Positions 1 to 8,975 of a stretch of DNA of 44,230 nt are shown here, piece after piece. The notes under the pieces were generated by a model. It ran no database searches, was not told the origin of the DNA, and saw only the letters and a list, made by a program, of their open reading frames with translations. The stretch covers positions 1 through 44,230 of the forward strand of contig JANMSZ010000194.1 in assembly GCA_031389925.1 (NCBI GenBank). Reading direction: 5' to 3'. The position numbers and the translations under genes are program-made. The stretch's first letter is position 1, and every line of letters starts with the position of its first letter. This DNA is from Hyphomicrobiales bacterium (GTDB lineage Bacteria; Pseudomonadota; Alphaproteobacteria; Rhizobiales; Xanthobacteraceae).

Positions 1-31
1 TTAAGGAAAGGTCTCTTTTGCCCGGCTGGTG

Positions 32-1210
32 CTATTCGGCCCGATAAACCCGGTGATACCGCCGCCCCAAACTGGTCAGCACCTCGTAGCCGATGGTGCC
101 GGCCGCATTCGCCACGTCATCGACGCTGATTTCGTCGCCGATCAGCTTGGCGAGGTCGCCGCGCCGCACGCTGTTGTCGGGCAGGCTGGTGATGTCGATG
201 GCGATCAGGTCCATTGAGACGCGCCCCGCGATCGGGCAGCGCTTGCCGGCGACGATGGCGTCGGCGCCCGGCGCGTCGTCGGAGGCGCTGGCCGCGCGCA
301 GATAGCCATCGGCATAGCCGACCGCGACCACCGCCAGCCTCGTGACGTGCTTGGCGGTCCAGGCGGCGTCATAGCCGACGGTCTCGCCCTTCGGCACGAT
401 GCGGAGCTGCACGACGCGCGCCTGCAGTTCGATCACCGGCCGCATCGGGTTGCTGCGCCCCGGCGTCGGGTTGACGCCGTAGAGCGCAACGCCCGGCCGC
501 AGCATGTCGCAATGCGCGGCATTGCCGAGGAAGATGCCGGACGAATTGGCGAGCGACGACGGAATGCCGCGATAGAGAATGCGCACCTCGCGGAACAGAT
601 TGATCTGGCGCTGATTGAGCGGATGATCCTCAACCTCGGAGCAGGCGAGGTGGCTCATCAGCAGCGTGATGCCGTGATTTTCAGAACGGATGCGCGGCGC
701 CAAAGCGGCGGCTTCATTGGCGCTGATGCCGAGCCGGTTCATTCCCGTATCAACATGCAAAGCTGCGCCCCCTTGCCATTGCTGGCCGGTGCAGAACGCG
801 TCCCATTCGGCAAGCTCGACCATGCTGCCGATCACCGGACGCGCGTGCAGATCGGCGAAGGCCGATGCGGTGCCGGGCAAGAGGCCGTTGAGCACATAGA
901 TCGCGGCGCCGGGCGCGGCGCTGCGCGCGCGGCGGGCTTCGTGCAGGTCAGCGACGAAGAAGGTCTTGCAGCCGGCTCTGCTCAGGCGCGCCGCCACCGG
1001 CTCGATGCCGCAGCCATAGGCGTCGGCCTTGATCACGGCCGAGCATTCCGACGGCATGACGCGGCGGCCGAGCGCGCGCCAGTTGGCTTCGAGCGCTGAG
1101 AGATCGACCGTCAGTATGCCGCCCGCCTCGGCGGCCGGCGGGCCGGAGGTTGCGTCCGCAGGCTCTGGGGCGGTCGGGATCAGGTCCGGGGAGGTCGTCG
1201 TGTCGGTCAT
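32..1210 (-). CDS. alr: Alanine racemase
   Basis: AVIKADAYGCG PLP-lysine motif, HVDTGMNRLG, GYADGY, GRVSMD and TIGYEVLT motifs. Confidence 0.96.
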   Translation of the reverse strand: MTDTTTSPDLIPTAPEPADATSGPPAAEAGGILTVDLSALEANWRALGRRVMPSECSAVIKADAYGCGIEPVAARLSRAGCKTFFVADLHEARRARSAAPGAAIYVLNGLLPGTASAFADLHARPVIGSMVELAEWDAFCTGQQWQGGAALHVDTGMNRLGISANEAAALAPRIRSENHGITLLMSHLACSEVEDHPLNQRQINLFREVRILYRGIPSSLANSSGIFLGNAAHCDMLRPGVALYGVNPTPGRSNPMRPVIELQARVVQLRIVPKGETVGYDAAWTAKHVTRLAVVAVGYADGYLRAASASDDAPGADAIVAGKRCPIAGRVSMDLIAIDITSLPDNSVRRGDLAKLIGDEISVDDVANAAGTIGYEVLTSLGRRYHRVYRAE

Positions 1211-1268
1211 GCCGTTTAAGGTTTAGCGGCCCGGACCTTGGCCGTCCACGTCCTTCAAACTTTGGCCT

Positions 1269-2390
1269 TCAGCCCTGGAAAATCAGCATCACGAAGGCGG
1301 CAAACAGCATCGCATGCACGCAGCCCTGCAGGATGTTGGTGCGGCCCGAGGCGAAGGTCACGACGCAGACCGCCAGCGTCAGCAGCATCAGCACGTTGTT
1401 GGCGCCGTCGAGGCCGAGAAAGACCTCGTGGCCGGTGAAATGGCTGATCGCCAGCATCGCCGGCACGGTCAGACCAATCGTCCCCAGCACCGAGCCGAGC
1501 GAGATGTTGATCGAGCGCTGCATATGGTTTGCCGCTGCGGCGCGCGTGGCGGCCATGGCTTCCGGCGTCGCCACCAGCATCGCGATGATGACGCCGCCGA
1601 GGGCTGCCGGCGCTTTCAGCGTCTCGATCATGTAGTCGATGGGCTGGGCGAATTGTTCGGCCAGATACACCACCGGTAAAATGTAAATGACCAGCAGCGC
1701 CCCGTGCCAGCGCAGCGACGGCGCGGCTTTGGGCAAAGCCGGCGGCGCACTCTCGTCACCGCCGCCGCTGACGAAGTAGCCGCGATGCCGCCCGGTCTGG
1801 ATCGCCAGGAACGCGATATACAAACCGATCGCCATCACGAACAGAAACATCTGCTGCGCCGACGACAGCGTCGGCCCGGGCGTCGTGACGGTGACATTCG
1901 GCAGCGTCATCGTCAGCACGGTCAGTGGAATGATGACGCCGAGATAGGCGTTGGCGCCCTGCAGATTGTAATGCTGCTCGCGATGACGCCAGCCGCCGAG
2001 CAGCAGCGAGCCGCCGATCATGCCGCCGAGGATGATCATGACGATGGCGAACAGCGTGTCGCGCACCAGCGTCGGATTGTTCTCGCCGTGCAGCATCACG
2101 GCCGAGATGCTCATGACCTCGATCGCGGTCACCGCCAGCGTGAGCACCAGCGTGCCGTAGGGCTCGCCGAGGATTTCGGCGACGTGGTCGGCGTGCCGCA
2201 CCACGCAGAGCGCGGAGCCGAGCACGACGGCAAACAACCAGACGAAGATCAGGCCGAGCCAGAGCGGGTTGGACAGCCCGCCGAGCAGCTTCGTTCCGAA
2301 CAGCGCGAAAGCCAGTGTGGTCGCCAGGCTGACGCCGAGGAACCACTCGGCCCCGATGGCGTGCAGCAGCGCTTTGCGTTTGGCTTTCAA
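1269..2390 (-). CDS. chaA: Ca2+/H+ antiporter (CaCA/ChaA family)
   Basis: About 11 hydrophobic segments; HADHVAEILGEPYGTLVLTLAVTAIEV and LVATPE alpha-repeat motifs; RTNILQGCVH tail. TTG start. Confidence 0.85.
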   Translation of the reverse strand: MKAKRKALLHAIGAEWFLGVSLATTLAFALFGTKLLGGLSNPLWLGLIFVWLFAVVLGSALCVVRHADHVAEILGEPYGTLVLTLAVTAIEVMSISAVMLHGENNPTLVRDTLFAIVMIILGGMIGGSLLLGGWRHREQHYNLQGANAYLGVIIPLTVLTMTLPNVTVTTPGPTLSSAQQMFLFVMAIGLYIAFLAIQTGRHRGYFVSGGGDESAPPALPKAAPSLRWHGALLVIYILPVVYLAEQFAQPIDYMIETLKAPAALGGVIIAMLVATPEAMAATRAAAANHMQRSINISLGSVLGTIGLTVPAMLAISHFTGHEVFLGLDGANNVLMLLTLAVCVVTFASGRTNILQGCVHAMLFAAFVMLIFQG

Positions 2391-2402
2391 GGCTGCACGC
2401 GG

Positions 2403-3905
2403 TTATCCGATCCGGTCGGGCAGACGATCGGAATGCGCCAGCGACGAGAACTTGGTGATCTGGCCGTCGAACGCCAGTTCGACGGTGCCGGTGGGGCCGT
2501 GACGCTGCTTGCCAATGATGACTTCGGCCTTGCCGCTGTATTTCTCGGCGTCGGCCATCCAGGCGGCGAACTTCTCGCGGTCGGATTCCAAGGGCTTTCG
2601 CATCACGTGGTAATATTCTTCGCGGTAGACGAACAGCACCACGTCGGCGTCCTGCTCGATCGATCCCGATTCACGCAAGTCCGACAGTTGCGGGTGCTTG
2701 TCCTCGCGGCTTTCGACCTGACGCGACAATTGCGACAGCGCCATCACCGGCACTTGCAGCTCTTTGGCCAGCGCCTTGAGCTTGGTGGTGATCTCGGTGA
2801 TTTCCTGCACGCGGTTTTCCGCGCCGCGCTTGCTCGAGCCTGTCAGCAGTTGCAAGTAATCGATCACCAGGAGGTCGAGCCCGCGCTGGCGCTTGAGCCG
2901 CCGCGCGCGCGCCGCGAGCTGCGCCACCGCCAGACCGCCGGTCTCGTCGACAAACAGCGGCAGGTGCTGCAGTTCGATCGAGTGATCCTTGATCTTCTCG
3001 AAATCGGCTTCGTTGATGGCGCCGCGCCTGATCTGGTTCGACGGAATGCCGGTCTGCTCGGCGATGATACGGGTGGCGAGCTGTTCGGCCGACATTTCCA
3101 GCGAGAAGAAGCCGACGATGCCGCCGTTGACGGTGACGGAGTGGCCGTCGGGCTTCACTTCGCCGCGCCAGGCGCGCGCGACGTTGTAGGCGATGTTGGT
3201 GGCGAGCGCGGTCTTGCCCATGCCGGGACGGCCGGCGACGATGATCAAGTCCGACGGCTGCAAACCACCCATCATGCGGTCGAGATCGTCGAGGCCGGTG
3301 GCAATGCCGGACAATTTGCCGTCGCGCTGATAGGCCTTGGCCGCCATGTCGACGGCGGTGGTCAGCGCCTGCGAGAACATCTGGAAGCCGCCGTCGTAAC
3401 GGCCGGTCTCGGCCAGTTCGTACAGCTTGCGCTCGGCGTCCTCGATCTGGTTGCGCGGCGAGAAATCGACCGGCGCATCGAAGGCGACATTGACCATGTC
3501 CTCGCCGACAATGATCAGCGCGCGGCGGATCGATAGGTCGTAGATGGTGTGGCCGTAGTCTTCGGCATTGATGATGGTGGTGGCTTCGGCGGCGAGCCGC
3601 GCCAGATAGACGCCGAGCGTCATGCCGCCGATGTCGGTCGAGGCGTCGAGGAAGGTCTTGAGCGTCACCGGGGTCGCGATCTTGCCGGCGCGGATCAGGT
3701 CGCGCGAGATCTGGTAGACCTTCTGGTGGATTGGCTCGAAGAAATGTTCCGGGTTGAGAAAGTCCGAAACGCGATAGAACGCCTCGTTGTTGACCAGGAT
3801 CGCGCCCAACAGGCCTTGCTCCGCCTCGATATTGTGCGGTGCGGAACGAAAGAGCGGGCCGGGTTCGGCGAGCGGCTTACGGAGTGCTGATTCGGCAGGG
3901 GCCAT
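2403..3905 (-). CDS. dnaB: Replicative DNA helicase
   Basis: PHNIEAEQ N-terminus, Walker A GRPGMGKT, SLEMS, IDYLQL, LSDLRESGSIEQDAD, KQRHGP. Confidence 0.98.
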   Translation of the reverse strand: MAPAESALRKPLAEPGPLFRSAPHNIEAEQGLLGAILVNNEAFYRVSDFLNPEHFFEPIHQKVYQISRDLIRAGKIATPVTLKTFLDASTDIGGMTLGVYLARLAAEATTIINAEDYGHTIYDLSIRRALIIVGEDMVNVAFDAPVDFSPRNQIEDAERKLYELAETGRYDGGFQMFSQALTTAVDMAAKAYQRDGKLSGIATGLDDLDRMMGGLQPSDLIIVAGRPGMGKTALATNIAYNVARAWRGEVKPDGHSVTVNGGIVGFFSLEMSAEQLATRIIAEQTGIPSNQIRRGAINEADFEKIKDHSIELQHLPLFVDETGGLAVAQLAARARRLKRQRGLDLLVIDYLQLLTGSSKRGAENRVQEITEITTKLKALAKELQVPVMALSQLSRQVESREDKHPQLSDLRESGSIEQDADVVLFVYREEYYHVMRKPLESDREKFAAWMADAEKYSGKAEVIIGKQRHGPTGTVELAFDGQITKFSSLAHSDRLPDRIG

Positions 3906-4090
3906 GGTTATCCTTGTTCCGTCAATTGGACGAAACTTTGTTGGGGCCTTGGCTTACCCATCCCCGAGCAGCGATGCGACAACGGATTACTAATATCGCC
4001 GCTGTCCACAGTGCTCACGGTGAACAAAAATACGTGTGGCTGTGTGCGGAGACAGCTTGACGGTTCGATGGTACGCGAGGCGCGACGGCT

Positions 4091-5341
4091 TTACTCGCCG
4101 GCGAGCCGCAGCGGTTCGAAGCGCTTCGTCTCTATGGTACGCAGGCGCTGCTCTTCGCGCATGATGTAGTCGCGCGTTACCGGCACGATGCCCTGACGCT
4201 TGGTCAGTTGGATCTGGAACACCATCATGTTCTGCTCGCGGAACGACATTTCCGACGCCGCCAGATAGAACTCCCACATCCGCACGAAGCGCTTGTCGTA
4301 AATGCGCTCGACTTCCTCGAGATGGGCGAGGAACCGCTCGCGCCAGGCTTTCAGCGTGTCGGCGTAGTGCAGGCGCAGGATTTCGATGTCGGTCACCAGC
4401 AGCCCGGCCCGCTCGATCGCCGGCAGAACCTCCGACAGCGACGGGATATAGCCGCCGGGGAAGATGTATTTGGCGATCCACGGGCTGGTGCGGCTCGGGC
4501 CTTCCGAGCGCCCGATCGAATGCAGCACCATCACGCCGTCGCGGTCGAGCAATTGCGCGCTCTGGCGGAAGAAGCGGTCGTAGTGGTTGACGCCAACATG
4601 CTCGAACATGCCCACCGAGACGATGCGGTCGAAGATGCTGGCGACGTCGCGGTAGTCGGTCAGGTTGAACCGTGCGTACTTGGCGAGGCCTTTTTCCGCG
4701 GCGCGTTCATTAGCGACCGCGTGCTGCTCCTGCGAAAGGGTGACGCCGGTGACGTCGGCGCCGGTGAATTCGGCGAGATACAGGCTGAGCCCGCCCCAGC
4801 CGCAGCCGATATCGAGCACATGCGAATTCGGCTTGAGGCAGAGCTTGGCCGCCAGATGACGCTTCTTGGCCAGTTGCGCGTCGTCGAGCGACTGATCGGG
4901 GCTCTCGAAATAGGCGCAGCTATATTGCCGGTCGGCGTCGAGGAAGAGGGAATAGAGCCGGCCGTCGAGATCATAATGATGCGCGACGTTGCGGCGCGAC
5001 CGTGTCCGCGGATTGAACTGGCTCAGGCGGCGGTAGAGAAAGCGCAGCAAGCCCTGTAGTCGCGCCCAATGCGGCACGTCGGTATTCTGCCCCAGCATGA
5101 TCGCGAGCACGTCGGCGATCGAGCCTTGCTCGATCACGAAGGTGCCATCCATGTAGGCTTCGCCGAATTTAAGTTCGGGATCGAGGAGGATGCCCCATTC
5201 GGCGGCGCGGGTGGCGAAACGCACCGAAACCGGCCGGCCGGTGCCGTCGCCGAAGTTAAAGACGGTGCCGCGCGACGTGGTGACTTGGAATGTCCCCCGC
5301 CGGACAAAGGTCTTGAGCAGAAAACGAAGCAACCGGTCCAT
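4091..5341 (-). CDS. cfa: Cyclopropane-fatty-acyl-phospholipid synthase family SAM methyltransferase
   Basis: HHYDL, YSCAYF, LDIGCGWGG SAM motif, SVGMFEHVG, YIFPGGYIP, RMWEFYL. Confidence 0.9.
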   Translation of the reverse strand: MDRLLRFLLKTFVRRGTFQVTTSRGTVFNFGDGTGRPVSVRFATRAAEWGILLDPELKFGEAYMDGTFVIEQGSIADVLAIMLGQNTDVPHWARLQGLLRFLYRRLSQFNPRTRSRRNVAHHYDLDGRLYSLFLDADRQYSCAYFESPDQSLDDAQLAKKRHLAAKLCLKPNSHVLDIGCGWGGLSLYLAEFTGADVTGVTLSQEQHAVANERAAEKGLAKYARFNLTDYRDVASIFDRIVSVGMFEHVGVNHYDRFFRQSAQLLDRDGVMVLHSIGRSEGPSRTSPWIAKYIFPGGYIPSLSEVLPAIERAGLLVTDIEILRLHYADTLKAWRERFLAHLEEVERIYDKRFVRMWEFYLAASEMSFREQNMMVFQIQLTKRQGIVPVTRDYIMREEQRLRTIETKRFEPLRLAGE

Positions 5342-5604
5342 GGCCAGCCACCATCACTCTGATCAGATACTCAGTCGGTAATATGCTCCCGGCAAGGCGA
5401 TTAACGCCATGGTTCCACAGGGGTTCCAATTCGGGGTCATTTGAGCAGAGGTAGCCTTTGGTAGCAATACGATTGTGGTGGGGCTGCTTTGCACTGGCGC
5501 CTGGGGTGGCCAGCCGGCGAGGGTCACAATCTGGAAATAATCGGGTATCAAGAAGCCGACTCAGGGGTTCTGGGGCGAGCGGCGTTTTCGAGAGGTTGAT
5601 GGTA

Positions 5605-6123
5605 ATGACGGTCTTTAATCGCGGCTTTGGGCTGGCATTAGGTGCGTGGGTGCTGTGTTTTGGCGCTGCCGCGGGCGCCCAGGAAAATCTGGATCACGGC
5701 AAGACGCCGGCCCAGTTGTTCGCCTCGGATTGCGCGGTTTGCCACAAGTCCCCGCAAGGCCTGGCCAAATCGGGCGGCTTGTTCGGCGTCGAAAGTTTCC
5801 TGCGCCAGCACTACACCGCCAGCCGTGAATCGGCGGCCGCGATCGCCAAATACCTGGAGGCCGCCGGCGCAGCGCCTGCCGCGCCGGCCAAGAAGGGCAC
5901 GGGGACCAAGCGCGCCACCAAGGGCGATGAGAAGGGCAAGGCAGGCGAGAAAAAATCGGATGGCGCCGTAACCTTGCCTGGCGACAATAAGCCGGCGGAC
6001 GCGAAACCGGCCGAAGCCAAGCCCGCCGAGCCCAAGGCTGCAGAGCCCAAGGCTGCTGAACCTAAGCCTGCCGAATCCAAACCCGCTGAAACAAAGCCGG
6101 CCGAAAGTCCGAAGGCGGACTAA
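5605..6123 (+). CDS. Periplasmic monoheme c-type cytochrome with Pro/Ala/Lys/Glu-rich tail
   Basis: Signal peptide ending AAAGA-QE and a single CAVCH motif. GAGAGG RBS before ATG 5605 (ATG 5599 is an alternative). Confidence 0.72.
   Translation: MTVFNRGFGLALGAWVLCFGAAAGAQENLDHGKTPAQLFASDCAVCHKSPQGLAKSGGLFGVESFLRQHYTASRESAAAIAKYLEAAGAAPAAPAKKGTGTKRATKGDEKGKAGEKKSDGAVTLPGDNKPADAKPAEAKPAEPKAAEPKAAEPKPAESKPAETKPAESPKAD
5989..6120 (+). repeat. Degenerate 15-bp coding tandem repeat (KPAEA/KAAEP pentapeptides)
   Basis: Translation KPADAKPAEAKPAEPKAAEPKAAEPKPAESKPAETKPAES; synonymous codons differ between units. Confidence 0.8.
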
Positions 6124-6151
6124 CGGCCGGGCTTTTAACGTCGGACGCCGA

Positions 6152-6817
6152 TCAGGCTTCGGCGTCGTCTTTCTTCTTGGCTTTCTTGGCCTTGGCGGGC
6201 TTTGCCTCGGCGTCGGCTTCCGCCGTTTCGGCTTCGGCCTCTTCGCTTTCCGTCTGCGTCTCTTCCTTGTCGAACAGAGCTTCGGCGGCCGCGAGCGCTG
6301 CGGCTGCGTCTTCTTCGGCGTCCTCACGGCGGACGGTGACGTCCTCACCGCGCGCGATGCGCTCGGCTTCCGCCTCGCTGCGCGCGACGGTCACGGTGAC
6401 CGACGCTTCGACGTCCGGATGCAATTCCAGCGGCACCTTGTACTGGCCGATCGACTTGATCGGCGCGTTGAGCATGACCTGGGTGCGGCTGACTTCGGCG
6501 CCTTCGGTCGAGACCAGCGTGGCGATGTCGCGCGTCGACACCGAACCGAACAGCTGGCCGGTTTCGCTCGCCTGGCGGATGACGATGTAGGTCTTGCCGT
6601 CGACCTTGGCGGCGAGCTTTCCGGCGACACCCTTGGCTTCGTTGCTCTTGACCTGCAGGTCGCCCTTCATGCCTTCGAACTTCGATTTGTTGTCGCTGGT
6701 GGCGCGCAACGCCTTGCCGCGCGGCAGCAGGAAATTGCGGGCATAGCCGTCCTTGACCTTCACGACGTCGCCCATTTGGCCTAGTCGGCCGATGCGCTCG
6801 AGCAGGATCACTTCCAT
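6152..6817 (-). CDS. rplI: 50S ribosomal protein L9 with extended C-terminus
   Basis: [47 protein letters not shown] upstream of ATG 6817. Confidence 0.97.
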   Translation of the reverse strand: MEVILLERIGRLGQMGDVVKVKDGYARNFLLPRGKALRATSDNKSKFEGMKGDLQVKSNEAKGVAGKLAAKVDGKTYIVIRQASETGQLFGSVSTRDIATLVSTEGAEVSRTQVMLNAPIKSIGQYKVPLELHPDVEASVTVTVARSEAEAERIARGEDVTVRREDAEEDAAAALAAAEALFDKEETQTESEEAEAETAEADAEAKPAKAKKAKKKDDAEA

Positions 6818-6878
6818 TGTCGTCACTCCTTGATTTGAACTTGCGGTTATTCCGGTTTGTTCGGGTTGATGTGAAACG

Positions 6879-7847
6879 TTAGGTGCGAGTTGGCGGCCCA
6901 CCTTGCGCGCGTCTGCGCGCGGCGCGGGCGCGCAGGTCGAAAGCGGTTTCGGTGATGCCGAGCAGGCACAGTGCCAGGATCGGCCAGCCGAACACGGCGA
7001 CCGAGGCATAGACGCCGCCGAGCAAGAACGGACGGCTCTTGATGCCGCGCGTGACGGCGTGCAGCACGGCAAAGCCGAGAATGCCGTAGGCCATCATCAG
7101 GCTTGCGGACAGCACGCCGGCGATAATGCCGGCCAGACCGCTGGCAAAGCTCACGGCCATTGCCACGGCGAGCGCCGCGACCATCGAACGCGGAAAGGTC
7201 ATGGTGGCAAGGTCGGGCCACGGCCGCTTCAGCAGGCCGGAGAAATTCACGACGCGGGCGGCGAGCCACAGGTTGAGCACATTGGTGATGGTGGCGAGAA
7301 TGGCCGCGGCCGGCGGGATCGCGGTCACCAGAAATCCGACCAGCCGGTCGGTGCGGGCGGCATCCGGCTCACTGCCGGTGACCTCGAACATCCGCAGCAT
7401 GGCGGTGTGAAGCGCCTTGCGGAAACTCTCGGCGTCGGTACCGAAATTGGGGATCGCGACCACCACGACCAGGGCCGCGAGGAGGGCGGCCCAGGCCACT
7501 AGGCGGCCGGGCGGATACCATTCGAGCGGAGCGCTGGCCGCGCCGTTGCCGCCCGCGGCCGCCGGGCGCGCCAGCATCGTCAGATAGCTCAGCCACCAGG
7601 CCGGAATGCCGGCGCCGGCCAGGAAAGCAAAGAACAAGACCGAGCCGAACACCGCGCCGACCGCGACCGCGCCGCTCAAGACGGCAACCATCGCCGCCCA
7701 ATGGCTCCAGCCAAGGCCGGCGATCATGATCGGCAGCGGTGCGAGATAGAACAGGACGATCGACAGCCACGAGCCGGACGCCACCGAAGCGAACAGCAAA
7801 GCTGCCGCGGCGCCCGCACCGATCCCGATAAGTCCAAGCTGTATCAT
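6879..7847 (-). CDS. DUF2232 (YybS-like) membrane protein
   Basis: Multi-TM protein with [13 protein letters not shown] and EWYPPGRL; lies between rpsR and rplI, the usual position for this family. Start is ATG 7847 or GTG 7850. Confidence 0.8.
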   Translation of the reverse strand: MIQLGLIGIGAGAAAALLFASVASGSWLSIVLFYLAPLPIMIAGLGWSHWAAMVAVLSGAVAVGAVFGSVLFFAFLAGAGIPAWWLSYLTMLARPAAAGGNGAASAPLEWYPPGRLVAWAALLAALVVVVAIPNFGTDAESFRKALHTAMLRMFEVTGSEPDAARTDRLVGFLVTAIPPAAAILATITNVLNLWLAARVVNFSGLLKRPWPDLATMTFPRSMVAALAVAMAVSFASGLAGIIAGVLSASLMMAYGILGFAVLHAVTRGIKSRPFLLGGVYASVAVFGWPILALCLLGITETAFDLRARAARRRAQGGPPTRT

Positions 7848-7963
7848 CACGAGCTGTCCCGCTCTTCGAGCGGTTAGAGACGGATCATTCCGCCCCAACC
7901 ATCGGCTCGCGGGGTGACCCCGCAAGCCTCGTTTTTCAATCGACGCCTGATGTCAGGCGCGTC

Positions 7964-8233
7964 TTACTTAATGACGTAAGGCAGCAGGCCGAGGAAGCGC
8001 GAACGCTTGATCGCCTGAGCCAATTCGCGCTGCTTCTTGGCCGACACCGCGGTGATGCGGCTCGGCACGATCTTGCCGCGCTCCGAGACGTAACGCTGCA
8101 ACAGCTTCACGTCCTTGTAGTCGATCTTCGGCGCGCCTTCGCCGGAGAACGGGCAGGTTTTCCGCCGGCGGAAAAAGGGACGACGTGCTCCGCCGCCACC
8201 AGCGCTTGCACCTTGGGATGATCCGAATGCCAT
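7964..8233 (-). CDS. rpsR: 30S ribosomal protein S18
   Basis: [49 protein letters not shown]. Confidence 0.98.
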   Translation of the reverse strand: MAFGSSQGASAGGGGARRPFFRRRKTCPFSGEGAPKIDYKDVKLLQRYVSERGKIVPSRITAVSAKKQRELAQAIKRSRFLGLLPYVIK

Positions 8234-8237
8234 GGTC

Positions 8238-8675
8238 TTAATCCTCCGCCACTACGGCGTCATCGTCGCCACGCGGGCGGCGTTCGCGTCCGCCACGATC
8301 TCCACGATCGCCTCGGTCTCCACGGTCCCCGCGATCGCCACGGTCGTCGCGATCCGATTTACGCATCATGGCCGAGGGACCTTCCTCGTGCTCTTCGACG
8401 CGAATGGTGAGATAGCGCAGCACGTCTTCGGAAAGACGTTCCTGGCGCTCGACTTCGTTCAGAGCCGCCGACGGCGCTTCGACGTTCAACAGCGTCAGAT
8501 GCGCTTTGCGGTTCTTGGAAATGCGGTAGGTGAGGGACTTGAGGCCCCAATATTCGGTCTTGGCGATTTTTCCGCCCGCCTCGGTGATGATGGCGGACAG
8601 CTTTGCGGTCAATTCCTCGACCTGCTGCGTGCTCAAATCCTGGCGCGCAAGATAGACGTGTTCGTACAGCGGCAT
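8238..8675 (-). CDS. rpsF: 30S ribosomal protein S6 with GDR-repeat tail
   Basis: [39 protein letters not shown]. Confidence 0.98.
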   Translation of the reverse strand: MPLYEHVYLARQDLSTQQVEELTAKLSAIITEAGGKIAKTEYWGLKSLTYRISKNRKAHLTLLNVEAPSAALNEVERQERLSEDVLRYLTIRVEEHEEGPSAMMRKSDRDDRGDRGDRGDRGDRGDRGGRERRPRGDDDAVVAED

Positions 8676-8867
8676 GAATGCCTTCCCTTGTTAGCCCGAA
8701 ATGGGCCGATGACCTCGATCCTGGCGGCTAGCCCCTCGAACCCTTTGGGAAGGCTCGAATGCTCAGAAGGCGGGAACACGGGACGTCGGGCACAGCGGCC
8801 CTACCGGTTTTCGAGAAAAAGTGAAAAACGGCCGTCCGTTCAGCTCCCAACCAGGATCGACGGAACG
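8676..8867 (-). promoter_or_regulatory. Structured rpsF 5' leader (candidate S6:S18 autoregulatory RNA)
   Basis: 10-bp long-range inverted repeat (8715-8724/8851-8860), hairpin 8736-8758, CCCGCCUUC and GCCUUCCC segments complementary to the SD GGGAAGGC. Confidence 0.6.
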
Positions 8868-8873
8868 AGGCGG

Positions 8874-8901
8874 TTTATAGGGATTTCCGGTGGAAAGGCA
8901 A
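8874..8901 (-). promoter_or_regulatory. Candidate sigma70 promoter for rpsF operon
   Basis: TTGCCT-N16-TATAAA on the minus strand. Confidence 0.5.
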
Positions 8902-8909
8902 GCTTGTGC

Positions 8910-8958
8910 GCGCATGGCCCCGAAAAGTGGGATCCGGTTTTCGGATAAGGCCATGCGC
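8910..8958. repeat. Rhizobial intergenic palindromic repeat (RIME/REP-like)
   Basis: Outer arms GCGCATGGCC/GGCCATGCGC (8910-8919/8949-8958); inner arms CCGAAAA/TTTTCGG around GTGGGATCCGG. Resembles the common GCATG..CCGAAAAGTGG..CCGGTTTTCGG..CATGC repeat of Hyphomicrobiales. Confidence 0.7.
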
Positions 8959-8975
8959 AAGGAAAAACGGGGGAA

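Noticed and set aside
1704-3536. 610-aa + strand ORF antisense to chaA/dnaB, and other long antisense ORFs (13016-14341, 18909-20213, 22473-23696, 34272-35501, 39566-40747)
   Set aside because: Shadow ORFs expected from high-GC codon bias; they mirror well-supported genes and show no motifs.
2403-3905. Possible intein in DnaB
   Set aside because: Length of 500 aa with contiguous helicase motifs; only the short insert usual for Alphaproteobacteria.
5401-5416. CtrA-like site TTAACGCCATGGTTCC, and a similar half-site near 9232-9246
   Set aside because: Only one TTAA half matches TTAA-N7-TTAA; insufficient support.
5989-6120. Tandem repeats as a possible CRISPR array
   Set aside because: In-frame degenerate coding repeats with no spacers and no cas genes.
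5638-6348. 236-aa minus-strand ORF overlapping the cytochrome c and rplI tails
   Set aside because: Alternative-frame product of two low-complexity repeats.
6818-7072. N-terminal extension of L9 in the ORF track, and similar extensions for fabF, lptD, lptF, purM, ABC-F and DinB
   Set aside because: Downstream starts with RBS and/or family-typical N-termini fit better.
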